The notes under the pieces were generated by a model, which made no database searches, was not told the origin of the DNA, and worked only from the letters and a program-made list of their open reading frames with translations. Source: a virus. Taken from it: a DNA stretch of 64,000 nucleotides. The stretch is from positions 1 through 64,000 of the IMG/VR virus record IMGVR_UViG_3300028873_000014; one strand, given 5' to 3'. Positions within the stretch are counted from its first letter, which is position 1. Each line of letters begins with the position of its first letter. The position numbers and the translations under genes were made by a program. This document shows positions 8,942-16,900 of this stretch, piece by piece.

Positions 8942-9595
8942 ATGATCACTACAGAACTAGATATTCCCGAAATAGTTTCAAGAATAAAGAGTAAATTAAT
9001 GGCTAGTGGGTGGGATGAAGTACTCAAGTACTTTCTTAACTCTTATGACTTTGAAGAGATACTTAACCAACTTGCTGATCTAAAGAAAGATCATCTGTTC
9101 TTTTGTCCAAAAGTAGCAGATGCCTTTAACTGGTTAAAAGCTACCCCGGTACACAAAGTTAAAGCAGTGATCTTCATAGATTCTTGTAGTAGGAGCATAG
9201 AGTATGCTACAGGTATTCCCCTGGATAACCCATCGGAGTTTATGAGAAAGATACTAGATACAGCAGCCCCTAAAGCAAGAAGTCCACAATGGGCAAAACA
9301 GGGAGTACTTCTTATCCCTTTAAGTCTTACAGCAAACGTTGGTACAGGAGCAGAAAACCACATATCTATCTGGAAACCGTTAATCAGTTACCTGATCAAC
9401 AAACTCTTTGAAGAGTACCCCGAAATACCCATCCTTCTGGTGGGGAAAAAGACCTATAGCTACTTACCTATGATCAGGTCAGCAAATGTCAAAATACTAA
9501 AGATATGGCCCGAAGTAGACACAGAACTAAAGTGGGCAGAGTGGATGAATGAAATAATAGTAGCTAGTGGTAAGAAACCGATTAAGTGGGATTAG
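8942..9595 (+). CDS. ung: uracil-DNA glycosylase family-1 fold protein with degenerate catalytic motifs
   Basis: GW..VL, P...FN....TP..KVKAVI, WAKQGVLL...LT and H...W scaffold present; GQDPY and HPSP absent. Confidence 0.7.
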   Translation: MITTELDIPEIVSRIKSKLMASGWDEVLKYFLNSYDFEEILNQLADLKKDHLFFCPKVADAFNWLKATPVHKVKAVIFIDSCSRSIEYATGIPLDNPSEFMRKILDTAAPKARSPQWAKQGVLLIPLSLTANVGTGAENHISIWKPLISYLINKLFEEYPEIPILLVGKKTYSYLPMIRSANVKILKIWPEVDTELKWAEWMNEIIVASGKKPIKWD

Positions 9596-10061
9596 AAAAG
9601 TATAAATCAGCTTCTTTGATTCTACGGGCAACTAAACCATTTAAAACCTTTCCCCCCCCTTTGTTCCACATGTAAATAGCTGATCTGATATTAGGGTCAG
9701 AAGGGTTAATGTTTACTTCTCTAAGTACTGTAGAACTCTTGAAATTATCAGTACCTATGTTATATACGAACGACCCAAGTGCGTTTAGTTGATTCTGGTT
9801 AATATCACTTGTAATACTTTCCTGTAGACAAGGAAGAGCAACTTTATCTAAATAACAAAGTAATTGTTGTACAGCATAGTCTTTTGTCCAGGGGGGATTA
9901 CTCATAGTAACCTTAGCACCATCACAGGTAAAAGTACTACCATACCCTTGTGTTATAGGTTCTGCACCTGTCCCGGGGTCAACATATGGAGAAGCAGAAA
10001 ACCCCTCTACAGATGTAATAAGGTCAGTACACCCTTGTGAAAATGTCATAGTATTATCCAT
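9582..10061 (-). CDS. endolysin, GH24 phage lysozyme
   Basis: EGF...PY.D....T.GYG, FVYNIG, WNKGGGKVLNGL..RR..E motifs. Confidence 0.9.
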   Translation of the reverse strand: MDNTMTFSQGCTDLITSVEGFSASPYVDPGTGAEPITQGYGSTFTCDGAKVTMSNPPWTKDYAVQQLLCYLDKVALPCLQESITSDINQNQLNALGSFVYNIGTDNFKSSTVLREVNINPSDPNIRSAIYMWNKGGGKVLNGLVARRIKEADLYFSNPT

Positions 10062-10393
10062 TACTGCCAGATTATATATTCCAGATAAGAAGAAGTACCC
10101 TTACACATACTCTCGGGTTTACCTATACGAGACATAAGTGAATTAGGAATAATTTGTTTGGTATTAACATTTACCTGATAAAAATATCTAAGTCCTGACT
10201 TAGGGAAACATTGTTTATGACCAGCAGGAACAACAAACTGTGTATTAGGTAATCTACCTTCTGTGCAAGTAGTTTGTCCTGGTTCTAATTGGTTAGAATG
10301 TTTTGACTTCATTGTCCCTAAAATAGGTTCACCATTTTGGTTCAAATTGCAAAAATAATAAGTACACGGGTTAGTTACATAAGATTCTGGCAT
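10061..10393 (-). CDS. hypothetical protein with two internal repeats
   Basis: YYFCNLNQNGEPILGTM and RYFYQVNVNTKQIIPNSL; likely ATG at 10393 (track start 10459). Confidence 0.65.
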   Translation of the reverse strand: MPESYVTNPCTYYFCNLNQNGEPILGTMKSKHSNQLEPGQTTCTEGRLPNTQFVVPAGHKQCFPKSGLRYFYQVNVNTKQIIPNSLMSRIGKPESMCKGTSSYLEYIIWQ

Positions 10394-10413
10394 GACAAAG
10401 TAATTTAGCTGCC

Positions 10414-10422
10414 GTAAAGATA
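10414..10422 (-). promoter_or_regulatory. putative -7-like element TATCTTTAC
   Basis: Same 9-mer as at 35463-35471; lies upstream of ATG 10393. Confidence 0.4.
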
Positions 10423-10493
10423 AGAAAAAGTTTAGTAAAACAATCAAAAATACATACACGCACTATAAATTTACGGAACAATAGCGTAAATTT

Positions 10494-10913
10494 ATGGTAA
10501 TAAATACAGATAATATGAGAGATAAAGTTAAGATAATAGAAAATGGAAAAGGTGCTGTACTAACGATATTAGATGATGATAAAGAGATTTATGGAGTGGT
10601 AGATGTGCAGCAACAGGAGCAGGTTACCGAAGTAACCCCGCAAGGGAAAAGGTTGCAGACATACTTGCGAAATGCGAAAATTACCGGGAATTTACGGGAT
10701 ATGGTGCATGTAGGCTATTTACCCAATGAACGATTATGTGGACATATAGTAGTTAGAGATAGTACAGAACCTATCTTTACAGATGACCCGGAACATGGTC
10801 TTCTTTGGAGAAATGGAGTAGTAGCCAGAACAGAAAAAGGAGAAGCCATTTACCGTACCAGTTACTACTCTGAAAATGGTGCAGATAAAGATGAGTTACT
10901 TATTAATCCCTAA
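10494..10913 (+). CDS. conserved crAss-like protein, possible ssDNA-binding protein
   Basis: YG.V.VQQ, GHIVVRDS.EP and G..IYR..Y pattern recalled from crAss-like phages; preceded by TAAATTTAC at 10466-10474. Confidence 0.55.
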   Translation: MVINTDNMRDKVKIIENGKGAVLTILDDDKEIYGVVDVQQQEQVTEVTPQGKRLQTYLRNAKITGNLRDMVHVGYLPNERLCGHIVVRDSTEPIFTDDPEHGLLWRNGVVARTEKGEAIYRTSYYSENGADKDELLINP

Positions 10914-13900
10914 TATACTACCTCCATAATCACTTTCTCTATCAAAGTCCTGCCACTTCTTAAATGCTTTTAAACCAGGTACTGCGTTTTCAGTAGCTCT
11001 TCCCGCCTTAGAACTTCCTGCAAATGGTCCATTCTTGTAATCACGATCATCGTCATCCTGGAATGGCCATTCTGCAGTAAGATATAGTGCTTGTGCAAAA
11101 CTCTTAAGTGTTGTAGACATAGCTATCGGATTCTGTATATACTCAGCAAGTGTTACAAAACCTAATCCTGGGGTATACATCTGGTTTTCAAAACGTATAC
11201 GGGAAGTGGTGTATGCAAAAAAGTTTAACCATCTCTTTTCTGTAGAACTTTCTTCTCCTAAATCTTTAGCCCATTCTCTAATAACTGCAGCAACTGCAAG
11301 TAATGTCATACCCATCATTAAGTCCATAGCACATAGATATAGGTTTTTCTTCTGATAGTCTTTCAGGTTATTCCATCCACCTTTCATAGAGTCAGTCCAA
11401 TGACCATCGAACTCTCTAACTAAATTGATATAACTAAGAACTGTTCTCCAGCTACCTTCAGTCTCCCCAAGCATTAAGTTATTATACCTGCTGCCTATTC
11501 GGTCTGTCATTGTAGTAGGGAAGTGTCTATGAAATTGCATGAGCATCTGACCAAATAAGTTTTCTACAACTTCCGGTTGATCAACTTTTTCAAAGTTACC
11601 CTGTGTAATAGTTTGTATACCTTTACCTTTAAGTATGATCTTGTTAATATCTACCTGGTTAATACCTTCTTTAAGAGTCACCTTTCCTGTAGTGGGGTCC
11701 CATACATGAGCACCGTCCCATGCATTTACATCTTCCCCTGTAATAGAGTTATGTACTTGCTCTGATCTAAGTAACCCTGAGAGTAACGGGAATTGAGCAA
11801 AGGTAATTGCTAACCCTTCCCCTGAATAAGCAATATCTAACCAGGAGTGCCCCTTTTTCCCCTGTAGCTGCATCCTTTCTTCATTACCTATACCATAGTG
11901 ATGCATTACTGCTTCCATAAATGAACCAGGTCTTTTATCGAGATAAGTATCTTTTTGGGATATAAACTTCTTACCAATCCCCGCCAGGTAGTCTGTTAAA
12001 AACTCTTTACCTGCAATTGCATAATATTTACCAGGGTAATAACGGGAAACAATAGTTACTCTTGCATTAAGAGTTTGATACAATGCCATATTATTTAAGT
12101 TGTTAAAGGGATTTCCCATAACGCCAAGAGATGTAATTTCTTGTAACTTTTTTATCAATGCGCCTAACTTACCCTGGTCTATCGATTGACCATAGAGAGC
12201 CGTTCTGACCATATGTTCCAGTCGCTTAACAGTATTGGTATCATTAGGGTTTAATCTTACAGGAGTCCCGGAAGTATCTGTAATTACTTTACCTGCGATA
12301 TTAGTCTTAAGATAGTGCCGCCCGGAATCGTCATTATCAGGATCACTAAGTATCTTACCTGCAGCAGCATCTTTAAGAGCAAGTATTTGTCCTTCTATAG
12401 CAGCCTTGTTCTTATATACCTTGGATATACCTACATAAGCAATTAACTGCTTAATAGGATCTCTTTCCATATCCTCTACAGAAGTTTTCCTGTTCTCTTC
12501 TGCAAGTTGCTGTACAAGAGCTTTCTTTTGTTCCAGGTACTTGAACTTAGGTAAAGGGGAACCATCAGTATCTTTAAGTTGTTTAGCCGTAAAGTTACTG
12601 TTCAGCTCGTTAATCTTAGCCTTAATATCAGCAACTTTCTGTTCATTCCTAAAGTTATTCAAGATAGGTTTAGATAACTCCATACGGGTAAGACCACTCT
12701 CATTAATCTTTTCTGTACTTCCCGGAACTCTGGTGAACGGTTCAATAACATTCTGTGTGAGAAAAGGAAGTAAACCACTTTCACTAGCACTTTTAAATAA
12801 TTTATTAGAATATGCTAATAAGTTACCTTCTTCTATATCCCTTTCTCCTTTTTCCCCCATATCATGAGAAGCAGCTACAAAATGTTTTACATACCCTGTA
12901 TATACAGCTAATTGTGCTTTCTCCAGATCAGTTACGGGGTTATGTAACTTTACATGTCGGGGATCTCTGAGATCAGTTTCACCAGCAAAGTCATTGATCT
13001 TAATATGTTCTTTGTTAGGGAAGTGACCATTTTTCTTAGTAATTGTACCAATAGGTTCTTTAGTCTTGGGGTCTTTATCCATAGACCAGTATTCTGTCCA
13101 TGTCTGGTATCTGTTCCTGAAAGTAATCACACTAGGACTTTCTTCAGTTAACCCTTCCCGTAATTCTTTTCTATAAAAGAGTACACTACCGTCATATCCT
13201 TCTACGGGAACCATGTGCATTACTTTATCTTCAGCAGCTTTGTATTCATCCGATAAATGATGATACAAACCATCTTTACCATCTTCATCTTCTGCCTGTC
13301 TGAATTTTCTAAGTGGTTCTTTTTTATAATAAAGCTCGTTATTAAACTCAAGATCTTGCGGAGAAGCACCGTCTTTAGTAATTACTTCCCGGTATTGAAT
13401 CGGTTTACCTGTAATGGGGTCTTTAACCGCATCTTCTAACTTATCTCTAACTGCACGATAATGATCTCCTATAGGTCTAAGTAATCTTTTACCATCTGCA
13501 CTATACATAAACTGCCAGTCTTTCTTAGGGTCAACTTTCCTACCAAGTGCTTTCTCAAAGTCATGTCCTAAAGGAGCAAGTTCATTAGTAATTGCCTGGT
13601 GTGCTTCAAGATCACCAAGCATTTCAGCATGTTTAATCACTATACCTATATGTTGTACTAGCTCATCACTAATTTGTGTAGGAGCATTGAACATTCTTGC
13701 GACATATGAAGTATCTGTTATATCCTGCCAAATGATCTTTTGTAGCTGTTCCTTATTTACAAATGGGTTTAGGTTCCCACCTTTTTCTTTTACAAACTCA
13801 CTGGCTTTAATATTAGCATCGATGTTAAGATTATTAATTTGTCTGCGAACATTATCAAATTTTAACTTATGGGCATCGTCTAGTATATCTCTAAGATGTT

Positions 13901-16900
13901 CAGGTAAAATAACAAGATCAGAATTAGCAATTAATATACACTCTTTTAAATAAGGGTAAAACTCATCCTTACTAAACCAGTTTTTGTTATTTATGAACCT
14001 AGAATATTGATCTACAGTATCCCGGATATGATTAAGTACAGCATTTAATGCTTCTGTTTTCTTACCAATACTTGTAAGATTTTCAATAGTCTTTGCTACA
14101 AAAGCTAATTGTTTGTATGTAGTGGGTTGTGCAGTAGATGGTAAAGTAGAAGTTCTTGTACTAAGCACTTCCCACATCTTTTTAAGAGCTTTATCTAGTA
14201 TTATGGTACTATCTGCAGCAGCTTCTCCTTCTGCCTTATAGTCAAATCCCCCTGTAGCCTCACTATCTGGTGGGGGTAAGATATTACCAGTAGCAAGTGG
14301 ATCTTGTGGTCCTAGTATCTTATCTACAAATACCTGGTTACTATCAAGAGAGTGCTTTACAAAATCTTCCTGGGTAAAACCGGATAAGTTACCTTCATGA
14401 ATATCCATTCGTAAGTGATAGGTCTCGGGGTCTTCCAGTTTCATATGCCCCATCTTTTCCAGTAACCTACTGTATGTAGCTACCTGAATACCTTGTTGCT
14501 GACGGGTAGTAAGTTTTCCTGATAACCGCGATCCTTCATTTGGTTCATGTCCTGCAGTGGTGTAGTTACTATCATATACACTGTTCTTAGATGTCTTAAG
14601 GTCATAAACTTTAAGTGTACCATCTTTGGTAATTTTTAGCAGATCAATTGACCCCGCTACCTTAGAAACAGGATCAGATACAATAACCTGGGTAAGAACT
14701 ACAGAACCATCTTCCTTAATATCATTATATATCTTTTGTAGGGTGTTGTAGGCATCTGCTTTAACCTTCTCGGGGATAGCAATAGTAGGTATGTCCTGGG
14801 CTTTTTTACCAAGGATAATGCCCTGTAGAATACCATCAAAATCATTACCCCAATCCCTATTTAAACGATATACATCATCTTCAAACCTTCCCTTAATAGC
14901 AGTAGTTACAGATAGATAGGTATTACCTTTAGTATCTTTGTACTCATGGTTCTCGGGGTTAAGCGTAACTCTGTTAATAGGGTTTAGATATAGATCATCA
15001 ATAGCTTTCTTCTGTATATCATTAGCCTGTTCCTTCATCTTCTCTACAAACTCTTTATCTTCCGGGGAAAGTTGAAAGTATATCTCCCCACGAGAGTTAG
15101 CTTCTTTCATAGCAGCAAGGTCAAGTTTTGATAAGTTACCTTCTGTAATATCTTTAGCTGCTTCGGAATAACTATCTAACCTCTCTTTACCCGCAAACAA
15201 GTTCTTTACCCATTCCCATAATCTTGCCCACCACTTTTTACCAGTAGCATTTGAAGTACGTCCAACAATAGTTTCACCAATTAACTTACCGATAGCTTCT
15301 TTCTTAATCTTCTCTTCATCTGGTGTGCCGTCACTATTCTGGTAATAGGGGTTATCTTTATACTCTTCAAAAGTTTTATCATAGATAGGTTTATCCTCAA
15401 TATTCTTCATCATATCCCGCAATAGTAATGAGTTCTCGGGTAACCACTGTACATAGATATGAGCAGCTTCTTCCGGGAGAGTAGTAGCATCTGCCTTACC
15501 TGTAACTACATCTACTGTTCTGTTAATAACATCTGAAACAGCAACTGCATTTACGACTTTACCATCTACTATTATCTGTGAGACATTTCTTATTCTTCCC
15601 CCAAGAGAGTTGATAAAGGCGGTAATTTTTCTAGTAATTTCTTTCTCTTCTGAGATTCTTCTTTCAGTCGTTTGACTTGTGATCGGGCTTCTTCTAAAGT
15701 AGTCGGTTGCTGTTTGGATAGTATCTCCCTTTGTTTTTCTGCTAGTTCCTGAAATGGAGTTTTTGAGTTCATTTTGTGTATTTTTATCTATTTGTAAATA
15801 ATTATTTCTTTCTAAGTCTTTATAAAAAGCATTACTTATATTAATTATAGGATCAATAAAATAAGGAACATTATCTTTAAAGAATACATTGCGAGGGTAA
15901 AGATCATCTATAGTAATTCTTAACTCTTTATTTTCATATTCTCCATCTTCTTTACTTTCAAAACCATAATCAGATAATACATTATCTATACTTTCCTGAT
16001 TAAATAAAGAATCAGTTTTTATAAAGTCTTGTTTTAAAACTGGAGTTATCGAAGAATCTGTCCTTTTAAAACCAAGAAGATCGTATCCCGTTTCTGGAAA
16101 AAAGTAATTATGAACAATTAATCCTTTTAGATACATGTCTATTTCAGCAGGATGGAAATCATGTTTTACTTTCGTAACAGATTTTCCATCATTAGATATG
16201 TAAATAGTATGTTCACCTCCTTCAGCTAATTCCATAGCGGGGTTCATATCTTCTTTTAATTCGTAATTTCCATCTTGGATTTGTTTCCAGAGCGTTTCCA
16301 AATCTTGTCCCGTTCCTTGGCTTTCATATCTTGCTCTTTCGCCTCCTTTAAAGTAACTGATGGCTGATTTAATAAATTCCTCTTTGCGTCCTGATGGTAT
16401 TGCTGGATCGAAGATGGCTTGTATGTCATGTTTTATAGTTTTATTAGTTTTTTGTTGAAAATAAATAGTAGACTTATCTCTAGCGGGGTTTGTTTTTAAT
16501 TGATACCACTCATTACCATGTTCATCCTTGATACGTTGTACATTGTTCTTACCGTAAGTCTTATCTAAGGTGTTCTTTACTCTGTTCTCATAGAAGTCAT
16601 AAATAGGTTTGAGTGCAGCAAATCCTTCAGTTTCCACTCTCTTGAGTTCTTCTTGAAGTTGTTGCTTTTCTATTTCTTTGAGTTCTATGTTATGTTTATA
16701 CGCTTTATCAAACTCTTCCTTTGTAGCTGCTCTCTGTGTACCTCTACTAGAACTGGTAAAATAATATGAAGAATTATTTATATTTTCATCTCTCCTATAA
16801 GTTCCTGTATTTGTTTTTATAAAACCTTTTTCTAGTTGTTTATTTAACGTAAATAAATCACTATCTAAACTTTTTATCCTATCCTCTTTCTGTTTCTTAA

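Noticed and set aside
9652-9659. C8 homopolymer in the endolysin as a phase-variation site
   Set aside because: It encodes the conserved KGGGK lysozyme motif in frame; nothing suggests slippage.
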